Shown one piece after another: positions 45,836 to 54,511 of a stretch of 64,000 nucleotides of DNA (positions are counted from its first letter, which is position 1; every line of letters starts with the position of its first letter). The position numbers and the translations under genes were made by a program. The stretch covers positions 27,543 through 91,542 of the forward strand of contig JADHUI010000001.1 of NCBI GenBank assembly GCA_016784605.1, in the 5' to 3' direction. Under the pieces are notes generated by a model. It was not told where the DNA came from and ran no database searches. It saw only the letters and a list, made by a program, of their open reading frames with translations. The stretch comes from Fidelibacterota bacterium (GTDB lineage: Bacteria > Fidelibacterota > Marinisomatia > Marinisomatales > UBA1611).

Positions 45836-46972
45836 ATGAAACGTATTTTAATATTTATTCTACCGCTACTCTTTATAAGTTGTGAAAATAATAACGATGA
45901 TCAAATTTCTGATTTACAAAAACAGTTAGATGATTTAAATAGTATAATTCAAGAGTTGGAAGACAATCAAGATGCTATATTAGACGGTTATATATCTACC
46001 CCCGCAACGCTGGATATTCCAACATGGGTCACAGATTATTTAGGCGACATGCCTATTCCTGAAGATAACCCAATGACGGTTGAAGGTGTTTATTTGGGAC
46101 GAAAACTTTTTTATGATACACGCCTTTCAGATGATAGTACAAAATCATGCGCCAGCTGTCATTTACAATCTGCCGGCTTTACAGATCCAGAACAATTCAG
46201 TGAAGGTATTACCGGAGAAAGAGGCACACGAAACGCGATGCAAGTTATAAACGCCGGTTGGTTTACATCTTTTTTCTGGGATGGACGAGCCGCAACATTA
46301 GAAGACCAAGCATTGGGGCCTGTTGTAAATCCTGTTGAGTTAAATACCACTTGGCCAAAAGTTGAAGAAAAAATATCAAACGATCGCCTATATCCCGCTC
46401 TATTTAAAATGGCATTTGGGTCATACGAAATTGATTCAATGCAAATTGTAAAAGCGATTTCCCAATTTGAACGTACCTTATTATCGTTCAATTCAAGATA
46501 TGATAATTATTTTTATGGAGATTTCACAGGATTTACAGAATCAGAAACAAATGGTTTTGATATTTATTTTTCTGAAAAAGGCGACTGCATTCATTGTCAC
46601 GCCGGTCCTATTTTAACCGATAATGAATTTAGGAATAATGGCCTAGACTCAGAATTGACAGATCTTGGGCTCGCCGACGTAACAGGACTATCAACCGATG
46701 AAGGCAAATTTAAAGTACCCACTTTAAGAAATATTGAATACACCGGACCCTATATGCATGACGGTCGATTCGAAACACTCGAAGAAGTGGTTGAGCACTA
46801 TAATAGTGGCGTTCATGCTGATTCACCCAACCTTGACGATGAAATGCACAATGCTTCTGAAGGTTTAAATTTAACCAATGAAGAAAAAACAGATTTAATT
46901 AATTTCTTAAAAACGTTTTCTGAGCCAGACTTTTTAACGAATACACATTTTTCTGATCCGTTTATAGATTAA
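45836..46972 (+). CDS. Di-haem cytochrome c peroxidase (CCP/MauG family) lipoprotein (378 aa)
   Basis: Two CxxCH haem sites (CASCH, CIHCH), the conserved KVPTLRNIEYTGPYMHDGRFETLEEVVEHY block, and lipobox LLFISC. Confidence 0.9.
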   Translation: MKRILIFILPLLFISCENNNDDQISDLQKQLDDLNSIIQELEDNQDAILDGYISTPATLDIPTWVTDYLGDMPIPEDNPMTVEGVYLGRKLFYDTRLSDDSTKSCASCHLQSAGFTDPEQFSEGITGERGTRNAMQVINAGWFTSFFWDGRAATLEDQALGPVVNPVELNTTWPKVEEKISNDRLYPALFKMAFGSYEIDSMQIVKAISQFERTLLSFNSRYDNYFYGDFTGFTESETNGFDIYFSEKGDCIHCHAGPILTDNEFRNNGLDSELTDLGLADVTGLSTDEGKFKVPTLRNIEYTGPYMHDGRFETLEEVVEHYNSGVHADSPNLDDEMHNASEGLNLTNEEKTDLINFLKTFSEPDFLTNTHFSDPFID

Positions 46973-47016
46973 AAAAGTTCTTTTAGCGTATAGGGCATCT
47001 TTGGTATGTTTGTACC

Positions 47017-47427
47017 ATGAGGGTTCTTTACGTCGCGTTAATCATTATTGTTGGATTATCGATTTATTCTTGTGACGATAGTCGGTATTTGGTTGGTTCA
47101 AATAATGTAATTGAACTTGAAAATGTCATTTTTACAATTACGGAATATAGCGTTGAAGATTCCACGCGCCTGAATGCAAAAGGTACAGCAAAAAACACCG
47201 GTCCAAATACCATTTATCCAACTTGGTATATTGAGGGACATTTTTATACAGATTCAACGCTTGCATTTAAACTCGGCGGCGACAGACAACAAAAATCAAT
47301 ATCATTAGAGCCGGGAGCATCTTTGTCGTGGTCGTTAGAGTATAAATCTTATGAAGAAGGTTTAAGCCAATATCCCAAATTTAGAGTCTCCCAATTACGC
47401 GCCTACCAAGAACATCAAGACGATTGA
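47017..47427 (+). CDS. Hypothetical lipoprotein (136 aa)
   Basis: Signal plus lipobox (VGLSIYSC). No recognisable family. Confidence 0.5.
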   Translation: MRVLYVALIIIVGLSIYSCDDSRYLVGSNNVIELENVIFTITEYSVEDSTRLNAKGTAKNTGPNTIYPTWYIEGHFYTDSTLAFKLGGDRQQKSISLEPGASLSWSLEYKSYEEGLSQYPKFRVSQLRAYQEHQDD

Positions 47428-47630
47428 TTTAATAATGTAAAAGTAGCAAAGCTACCAATAGAATATTTTAGAAATGTTTTAGTGAATGTTATATGTTCCC
47501 GTTCATCTAGACTTGAAGCGGGATCTGTATAGGCAGTATCAGACGTGAAAGTTGTTTGCCCAAACAAATATGAGAGCACAAATACAATCAGCCACAAAAA
47601 CTTTTGGTTATTCTTCTCCAATATCTTCAT
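47415..47630 (-). CDS. Possible small exported protein (71 aa from ATG 47630)
   Basis: Internal start MKILEKNNQKFLWLIVFVLSYLFGQ resembles a signal peptide. It overlaps the 3' end of the deaminase gene by ~23 bp. No homology recognised; it may be spurious. Confidence 0.25.
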   Translation of the reverse strand: MKILEKNNQKFLWLIVFVLSYLFGQTTFTSDTAYTDPASSLDEREHITFTKTFLKYSIGSFATFTLLNQSS

Positions 47631-48060
47631 TCCAAACTTCGGGATTCTCTCGAATATACTGACCCAACATTGAAATACACACATCAGAATGAAGGTCTAT
47701 AATTGTAACACCATTTTCTTTTAACCATTCGATACCGCCTGAAAAATTAACGGATTCACCTACAAGGACTGTTTTTATATTAAACTGTCGGATAAGACCA
47801 CTACAATACCAGCATGGCGCTAACGTTGTAGCCATAATAATGTTTTTATAAGATGTCTGTCTTCCCGCATTTCTAAAGGCATCCGTTTCTCCGTGCACCG
47901 ATGGGTCGTTATCTTGTATTCGCCGATTTCGTCCTTTTCCTAATAAGGCTCCATCTGCATTAAAAACGGCAGCCCCAATTGGAATGCCTCCCTCATGCAA
48001 CCCTTTTTGAGCCTCTTGGATAGCGACATTCAACATAGATAAATAATCATTATTGTTCAT
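47608..48060 (-). CDS. Cytosine deaminase, FCY1 (CMP/dCMP-deaminase fold) type (150 aa)
   Basis: Zinc motifs HGE (VHGETDAF) and PCxxC (APCWYCSG). Recalled from memory, yeast Fcy1 aligns over the whole length: EGGIPIG, TTLAPC, LVGESVNFSGG, and the diagnostic C-terminal tail NPEVWNEDIGEE (Fcy1: RPQDWFEDIGE). Confidence 0.85.
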   Translation of the reverse strand: MNNNDYLSMLNVAIQEAQKGLHEGGIPIGAAVFNADGALLGKGRNRRIQDNDPSVHGETDAFRNAGRQTSYKNIIMATTLAPCWYCSGLIRQFNIKTVLVGESVNFSGGIEWLKENGVTIIDLHSDVCISMLGQYIRENPEVWNEDIGEE

Positions 48061-48208
48061 TTTATTTCCAATATTATTTTGTTTTAAAATATCTTAATAT
48101 CCGAATATATTCAGGGTTCGTAGAAGGTCAAAGCGATCATTTTTTGATGCCCGAGCATTAAAAAATGGTATTTACAAAACAGATATTTAGAAAAAGGATA
48201 CCCATGCA

Positions 48209-49603
48209 ATGCGGAAAACTTCATTATTATATAGCATAGACGACACCCCGCCAATATCTGAAACAATTATACTAGGCTTTCAACATTATTTAACCATGTT
48301 TGGTTCGACAGTAGCGATTCCTCTTTTATTAGCCCCAGCGTTTGGCATAACAGATCCAGTACAAAAAGGTTGGCTAATAGCAACCATGTTTTTTGTTAGC
48401 GGAATAACGACACTCCTTCAATCTACTTTTGGCAACAGATTGCCAATTGTTCAAGGCGGTACCTTTTCTTTTTTAGCGCCCACATTTGCCATTTGCGGTA
48501 TGGCAACATTAGCAAATGCCGGCTGGGAAGTGCGCATGCAGCACGTGCAAGGCGCAATTATTGCAGGATCAATTGTTGAAATATTCGTAGGCGCAAGCGG
48601 AATGGTTGGTCGAATGTTAAAATATATTGGCCCCATAACTATTGCACCCACTATTGCATTAATTGGTTTATCATTATTCAAATTTGGAGCACCGGAAGCA
48701 GGTCGCCACTGGCCGATTGGTGGCTTAACAATATTCCTCATCATTTTATTTAGCCAATATTTACGCACAAAACATAGAACATTTGAATTGTACCCTATCT
48801 TGTTGGCCATAGTAGCTGCATGGGGCGTGTCTGCGCTATTTACCATGTTGGGTGTTTTCCCAGAAGGGCACCCTTCTCACACAAGTTTAGCCAATTTAAA
48901 AAACGCATCATGGTTTAGAGTACCATATCCATTCCAGTGGGGATTCCCACAGTTTGGGGCTGCTGCGATTGTGGGAATGTTGGCAGGTTATATCGCATCC
49001 ATGGTAGAATCTATTGGAGACTATTATGCCTGCGCTCGACTTTCGGGCGCACCCGTTCCAGATAAAAAAACAATCAACCGAGGTATAACATTTGAAGGGA
49101 TTGGATGTTTTATCGCTGGAATCTTCGGAACAGGAAATGGAACAACATCTTATAGTGAAAACATTGGCGCAATTGGACTTACTCGCGTTGGGTCTCGACG
49201 CGTTGTACAAGCTGGCGCTGTCATAATGATTCTTTTAGGAACTGTGTCAAAATTTGGCGCCTTATTTACCACAATCCCACAACCCATTGTTGGTGGTATG
49301 TATTGCGCTATGTTTGGTATGATAGCGGCGGTAGGATTATCCAACCTTCAATTTGTGGATTTAAATTCAGCAAGAAATTTATTCATTTTAGGATTTTCCT
49401 TTTTTATGGGACTCTCCTTGCCTGAATATTTTATCCAAAAGCCCATTATTTTTGAACCGGCTTGGCTTGCAAGTATCATAAATACACTTGGTAGCACAGG
49501 AATGGCTGTAGGCGCTTTTACAGCTCTTATATTAGACAATACTATTGCGGGAAGCGATGAAGAGAGAGGGTTAAAAGCTTGGGGAAACACAAAAACTAAT
49601 TAA
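48209..49603 (+). CDS. Nucleobase:cation symporter-2 (NCS2/NAT, SLC23-like) permease, probable uracil/xanthine transporter (464 aa)
   Basis: NAT-family signature regions GFQHYLTMFGSTVAIPLLLA, ESIGDYYACARLSGAP and NRGITFEGIG, with about 12-14 TM helices. Confidence 0.88.
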   Translation: MRKTSLLYSIDDTPPISETIILGFQHYLTMFGSTVAIPLLLAPAFGITDPVQKGWLIATMFFVSGITTLLQSTFGNRLPIVQGGTFSFLAPTFAICGMATLANAGWEVRMQHVQGAIIAGSIVEIFVGASGMVGRMLKYIGPITIAPTIALIGLSLFKFGAPEAGRHWPIGGLTIFLIILFSQYLRTKHRTFELYPILLAIVAAWGVSALFTMLGVFPEGHPSHTSLANLKNASWFRVPYPFQWGFPQFGAAAIVGMLAGYIASMVESIGDYYACARLSGAPVPDKKTINRGITFEGIGCFIAGIFGTGNGTTSYSENIGAIGLTRVGSRRVVQAGAVIMILLGTVSKFGALFTTIPQPIVGGMYCAMFGMIAAVGLSNLQFVDLNSARNLFILGFSFFMGLSLPEYFIQKPIIFEPAWLASIINTLGSTGMAVGAFTALILDNTIAGSDEERGLKAWGNTKTN

Positions 49604-49635
49604 TTATTTTCAGAGAATACCTAAGGAATAAAACC

Positions 49636-51030
49636 ATGTCTATATTAATAAAAAATGGCCGAGTTATCACAGCGGTTGATGACTATATGGCTGATGTTTT
49701 TATCGAAAACGAAACAGTAACGCTTATAGGAAAAAAACTTGAAATGGAAGCGGATGAAATTATTGATGCTTCTGGAAAATATCTTTTTCCTGGCGGGTTA
49801 GATCCGCACACCCATTTGGATATGCCTTTTGGGGGCACCACATCTGCAGATGATTTTGAAACAGGCACTCGCGCTGCCGCTCACGGCGGGACAACCACAT
49901 TGATTGATTTTGCGATACAATCCAAGGGCCATTCAACCTTAGAAGCGCTGGATACATGGCACGCGAAAGCTGATGGAAAAACAGCTATTGATTATGGATT
50001 TCATATGATTGTAACCGACCTAGAAGATAATAGAGTTCATGAAATGAAATTGTTAGTAGACGCTGGAGTAACTTCATATAAATTATTTATGGCTTACCCG
50101 GGTGTGCTCTATGTTGATGATGGAACTATTTATCGCGCAATGAAGAAAGCAGGCGAAGACGGTACGGTCGTTTGCATGCATGCTGAAAACGGTATTGTGA
50201 TTGATGAAATTGTAAAACAAGCAGTCGCCGATGGAAAAACAGCTCCTAAATATCATGCTATTACGCGACCGACTCGCATGGAGGCAGAAGGAGTTCATCG
50301 CGCAATCTCAATTGCAGAAGTTGCACAAGTTCCGATTTATATTGTTCATTTATCGTCATCAGATGCATTAGAACAAGTTATGTTAGCTCGTAATCGCGGT
50401 GTTCACGCCTTTGCTGAAACGTGTCCGCAATATTTATTTTTAGATGATTCCTATTATGATCAAGAAGGATTTGAGGGCGCTAAATATGTCATGACGCCTG
50501 CATTAAGAGAAAAGTGGAATCAAGAAGAATTATGGAAAGGTTTAAAGTTTGGAGACCTTCAGTCCATCGCCACAGATCATTGTCCCTTTTGTTTTAAGGA
50601 TCAAAAAATATTAGGAATGGATGATTTTTCAAAAATTCCAAATGGAGCTCCTGGTGTGGAAAATCGCATGAGCCTTGTTTATAATGGCGGTGTACATGCG
50701 GGACGAATTTCATTAAATAAGTTTGTTGAATTAACATCAACCGCCGCCGCAAAAACATTTGGACTTTTTCCAAAGAAAGGAACAATTGCGGTTGGAAGCG
50801 ATGCGGACATTGTTGTATTTGATCCAAACAGAAAAGAAACTATCAGTGTTAATAATACGTGTACTCACCATATGAATGTGGATTATAATTCGTATGAGGG
50901 GTTTGAAGTAACCGGGTTCACTGAAACCGTACTTTCTCGCGGAAAAATCATTATTGATAAATGCGAATATGTTGGAAAAAAGGGCGATGGGCGCTTTTTA
51001 AAACGCGGTCTATATGGCGGTATGAAATAA
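49636..51030 (+). CDS. Dihydropyrimidinase / D-hydantoinase (464 aa)
   Basis: Cyclic amidohydrolase motifs GGLDPHTHLDMPFGGT, SYKLFMAY (carbamylated Lys region), VCMHAENG and ATDHCPF. Confidence 0.92.
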   Translation: MSILIKNGRVITAVDDYMADVFIENETVTLIGKKLEMEADEIIDASGKYLFPGGLDPHTHLDMPFGGTTSADDFETGTRAAAHGGTTTLIDFAIQSKGHSTLEALDTWHAKADGKTAIDYGFHMIVTDLEDNRVHEMKLLVDAGVTSYKLFMAYPGVLYVDDGTIYRAMKKAGEDGTVVCMHAENGIVIDEIVKQAVADGKTAPKYHAITRPTRMEAEGVHRAISIAEVAQVPIYIVHLSSSDALEQVMLARNRGVHAFAETCPQYLFLDDSYYDQEGFEGAKYVMTPALREKWNQEELWKGLKFGDLQSIATDHCPFCFKDQKILGMDDFSKIPNGAPGVENRMSLVYNGGVHAGRISLNKFVELTSTAAAKTFGLFPKKGTIAVGSDADIVVFDPNRKETISVNNTCTHHMNVDYNSYEGFEVTGFTETVLSRGKIIIDKCEYVGKKGDGRFLKRGLYGGMK

Positions 51031-51051
51031 AAAAATTCAAGGAGATTAAAC

Positions 51052-51918
51052 ATGGCTAGAAATATAAAATCTGGGCTCATTCAGATGAGCCTTCCTATGA
51101 CAGAGGGAGAAGGAACCATTGCGGAAATAATGGATGCAATGGTTCAAAAACATATTCCATACATTGAAGATGCAGGCAAACAAGGCGTGCAAATTTTATG
51201 CTTACAAGAAATATTCAATACACCGTATTTTTGTCCAGGACAAGATAATGCGTGGTATGCATCTGCTGAATCCGTTCCGGGACCCACCACAGAGTTGATG
51301 CAGGAATATGCCAAAAAATACAATATGGTTATTATTGTGCCTATTTATGAGAAAGAGCAGGCAGGTGTGTTTTATAATACAGCGGCGGTCATTGATGCAG
51401 ATGGCGAATATTTAGGCAAATACAGAAAAAATCACATTCCTCACACATCAGGGTTTTGGGAAAAGTACTTTTTTAAACCAGGAAACCTTGGTTACCCCGT
51501 TTTTCAAACAAAATATGCTAAAGTGGGTGTTTACATTTGTTACGATCGTCATTTTCCGGATGGAGCAAGATGTCTTGGTTTAAATGGGGCAGAAATTGTA
51601 TACAATCCATCTGCAACGGTGGCTGGGTTGAGTGAGTATTTATGGAAATTAGAACAACCGGCTCACGCAGCGGCTAATGGCTATTTTATGGGTTGCATCA
51701 ATCGAGTTGGAACGGAAAAACCGTGGAACTTAGGCGAGTTTTATGGTACATCTTATTTTGTAAATCCACGCGGACAGATTATTGCGGAAGGATCGAGAGA
51801 TCAAGACGAATTAATCGTTTCTGAATTTGATTTAGATATGATTGATGAAGTACGTTCAACGTGGCAATTTTTTCGTGATCGACGTCCGGAAACCTATGAC
51901 AAGTTAGTTGAACTCTAA
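51052..51918 (+). CDS. Beta-ureidopropionase (N-carbamoyl-beta-alanine amidohydrolase), nitrilase-superfamily type (288 aa)
   Basis: CN-hydrolase catalytic blocks ILCLQEIFNTPYFC (Glu), YRKNHIP (Lys) and VGVYICYDRHFP (Cys), followed by GAEIVYNPSAT, as in animal and plant beta-alanine synthases. Located between the dihydropyrimidinase and DPD-like genes. Confidence 0.88.
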   Translation: MARNIKSGLIQMSLPMTEGEGTIAEIMDAMVQKHIPYIEDAGKQGVQILCLQEIFNTPYFCPGQDNAWYASAESVPGPTTELMQEYAKKYNMVIIVPIYEKEQAGVFYNTAAVIDADGEYLGKYRKNHIPHTSGFWEKYFFKPGNLGYPVFQTKYAKVGVYICYDRHFPDGARCLGLNGAEIVYNPSATVAGLSEYLWKLEQPAHAAANGYFMGCINRVGTEKPWNLGEFYGTSYFVNPRGQIIAEGSRDQDELIVSEFDLDMIDEVRSTWQFFRDRRPETYDKLVEL

Positions 51919-51942
51919 AACAAACAAATAAAAGAGACTATT

Positions 51943-53034
51943 ATGGCAGACATAAGTATAGAAGTAAATGGTATTAAATTTCCAAACCCATTTGTAATTG
52001 GGTCAGGACCGCCGAGCACGAATTCAAAAACAATCATAAAAGCGTTTGATAGCGGGTGGGGTGGCGTGTCCGCAAAAACCGTAAGCCTAACAGAAACACC
52101 TGTTATTAATGTTGCGCCAAGATATGGAAAATTAAAAACCCCAAAGGGCGAAATTATTGGATTTGAAAATATTGAATTAATATCCGACAGGACGCTTGAA
52201 GTATGGCTAGATGAATTTAAAACAATAAAAGACGCTCACCCGGACAAAGTGTTAATATCATCCATAATGGAGAAATACAATAAAGATTCATGGCAGGAAT
52301 TAGTCGGACGAATAGAAGAAACAGGCGTAGATATGTTTGAGCTGAATTTTTCTTGTCCTCACGGTCATCCAGAAGAAGGTATGGGGGCAGCCATGGGACA
52401 GAATCCAGATATGGCTAAAGAAGTAACAGGTTGGGTTGCAGAAGTAACAGACTTGCCAATATGGGCTAAAATGACTCCAGACATACAAGACATTACCGTA
52501 CCGGCAAAAGCATCAATGGAAGGTGGCGCCACCGGCATATCTGCGATCAATACAATTCCATCTATTTTAAGTATCGACCTTGATACATTGGCCCCAACAC
52601 CCTCCGTAGAAGGACATTCAACGCCCGGCGGATATTCCTATTATGCTGTAAAACCCATTGCGCTACGAATGGTTTCGGAGATTGGCAGAGGCATTCCTGG
52701 CGTAGAAATATCAGGTATTGGCGGTGTCATCAGTAGCCAAGAGGCGATAGAGTTTATTCTTATGGGAAGTTCTACGGTTCAAGTCTGTACGGGCGTTATG
52801 TTGCAGGGATATGAAATGGTTGATGAAATGTGTGAAGGCTTATCAAACTTCATGGATAAACACGGTTTCAAAACAGTGCGAGAGTTTGTTGGGCATTCGT
52901 TACAATATCTTACCACACATCACGATTTGGCGGAAAAACGACTTGCCAAAAAAGCAGGAGCGCTTAGCGCGAATCGAGACAATAATTGGACAGGTGATAT
53001 TAAAAAGGAAACAGACGAATTAGTCAGTAAATAA
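51943..53034 (+). CDS. Dihydropyrimidine dehydrogenase catalytic (PreA / DHODH-like FMN) subunit, lacking a C-terminal ferredoxin domain (363 aa)
   Basis: FPNPFVIGSGPPS, the active-site loop ELNFSCPHGHPEEGMGAAMGQNP (DPD SCPHG Cys) and GIGGV. The C-terminus has no Cys clusters. Confidence 0.85.
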   Translation: MADISIEVNGIKFPNPFVIGSGPPSTNSKTIIKAFDSGWGGVSAKTVSLTETPVINVAPRYGKLKTPKGEIIGFENIELISDRTLEVWLDEFKTIKDAHPDKVLISSIMEKYNKDSWQELVGRIEETGVDMFELNFSCPHGHPEEGMGAAMGQNPDMAKEVTGWVAEVTDLPIWAKMTPDIQDITVPAKASMEGGATGISAINTIPSILSIDLDTLAPTPSVEGHSTPGGYSYYAVKPIALRMVSEIGRGIPGVEISGIGGVISSQEAIEFILMGSSTVQVCTGVMLQGYEMVDEMCEGLSNFMDKHGFKTVREFVGHSLQYLTTHHDLAEKRLAKKAGALSANRDNNWTGDIKKETDELVSK

Positions 53035-53165
53035 GTTTCTTGTTTTTAAAATATCTCGTTCTGAAATAAGGCAGTCAATGCGCGGTCGAGCGCAATGGGC
53101 ATGAATATATTTTAAGAATAAAACATCAAATAAAAAGTATTAATAATTGAAAAAAAGGAAAATAA

Positions 53166-54461
53166 ATGAGCCATAGTCAAAATATACGCGAAAAACACAA
53201 TGAATATCTTTTTGCGGCAGTAAAGAATTTTTATAAAGAACCCATTGTTGTCGAATCGGGAAAAATGTTTCGCGTGAAAGATTTAGACGGAAAATCATAT
53301 CTTGATTTTTTTGGTGGCATACTTACCGTATCTGTTGGGCATGCAAACGAAGAAGTAAATACTGCTGTAATAGCCCAGGTTGAAAAGTTAACCCATATTT
53401 CATCTTTGTATCAAAGTGTCCCAGTTGTAGAGTTTGCAGAGGTTATGGCAAAACTCGCGCCCAACAACTTAGAAAAAGTATTTTTTACTGCATCCGGAAC
53501 AGAAGCAGATGAAACAGCTGTAATGATGGCACAAGTTTTTACAGGAAATTCAGAACTAATTGCGCTTCGCCATGGATATTCTGGCCGATCATTACTGGCC
53601 CAATCTTTAACGGCTCATTCATCATACAGAGCCTTGCCCACTCAAGTTAGCGCAATAAAACATGCCCTATCGCCTTATTGCTATAGATGTCCCTTTAAAC
53701 AAAAGCCAGATACGTGTGGAATGGAGTGCGCTAAAGATGTGGATGAATTAATTAAAACAACCACAACTGGAAAAATCGCAGGCATGCTAGTTGAACCTAT
53801 TCAAGGAGTGGGAGGATTTATTACACCGCCAGATGAATATTTTCAAATTGTGGCTGAAATCGTACGTAAATACGAAGGTATCTTTATTTCTGATGAAGTT
53901 CAAACAGGATTTGGAAGAACCGGAAAAACATGGGGTATTGATCATTCGGGCGTTGAACCAGATATGATTACCACAGCAAAGGGAATTGCAAACGGCCTGC
54001 CGCTTGCAGCCGTTGTTACAACAGATAAAATTGCATCATCATTAGATAAAAACACCATTTCAACTTTTGGCGGAAATCCTGTGAGTTGTGCGGCTGCAAA
54101 CGCTACAGTAAACATTATTGAGAGAGACGACCTTACTTCAAATTCAGAAGAAATGGGCAACCATTTATTTGACGGTTTAAGGAAAATTCAAGGTAACCAT
54201 AAAGAAATAATGGGCGACATAAGAGGAAAAGGACTTATGGTGGGTGTTGAATTAGTTGTGAATGAAACCACAAATGACCGCACGCCAAATACAAAAGTGG
54301 TTGATCAGCTATTAGAAGAAACAAAGAGTCGCGGACTTTTGATTGGTCGTGGCGGGTTATATGGAAACTGTGTAAGAATTACCCCCGCATTGAATATCAC
54401 GAAAGATGAAGTTGATGAAGCAATTGAAATTTTAACAGAATCTTTTAATGCCGTCGATTAA
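53166..54461 (+). CDS. Class-III (omega) aminotransferase, probable beta-alanine:pyruvate/2-oxoglutarate transaminase (431 aa)
   Basis: PLP-fold blocks FTASGTEADETAV, SDEVQTGFGRTG and PDMITTAKGIANGLP (Schiff-base Lys). Sits in the pyrimidine catabolic cluster. Confidence 0.85.
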   Translation: MSHSQNIREKHNEYLFAAVKNFYKEPIVVESGKMFRVKDLDGKSYLDFFGGILTVSVGHANEEVNTAVIAQVEKLTHISSLYQSVPVVEFAEVMAKLAPNNLEKVFFTASGTEADETAVMMAQVFTGNSELIALRHGYSGRSLLAQSLTAHSSYRALPTQVSAIKHALSPYCYRCPFKQKPDTCGMECAKDVDELIKTTTTGKIAGMLVEPIQGVGGFITPPDEYFQIVAEIVRKYEGIFISDEVQTGFGRTGKTWGIDHSGVEPDMITTAKGIANGLPLAAVVTTDKIASSLDKNTISTFGGNPVSCAAANATVNIIERDDLTSNSEEMGNHLFDGLRKIQGNHKEIMGDIRGKGLMVGVELVVNETTNDRTPNTKVVDQLLEETKSRGLLIGRGGLYGNCVRITPALNITKDEVDEAIEILTESFNAVD

Positions 54462-54511
54462 GACAAACGAATAAAAATATAGAAATAACAAATAAAACAG
54501 AGACAACAATT

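Noticed and set aside
48451-49590. Four minus-strand ORFs (64-131 aa) inside the NCS2 permease gene, and similar ORFs inside the hydantoinase, PreA-like, aminotransferase, mmsA, pyk and nuclease genes
   Set aside because: They are antisense to motif-complete enzymes and transporters, so they are shadow ORFs.
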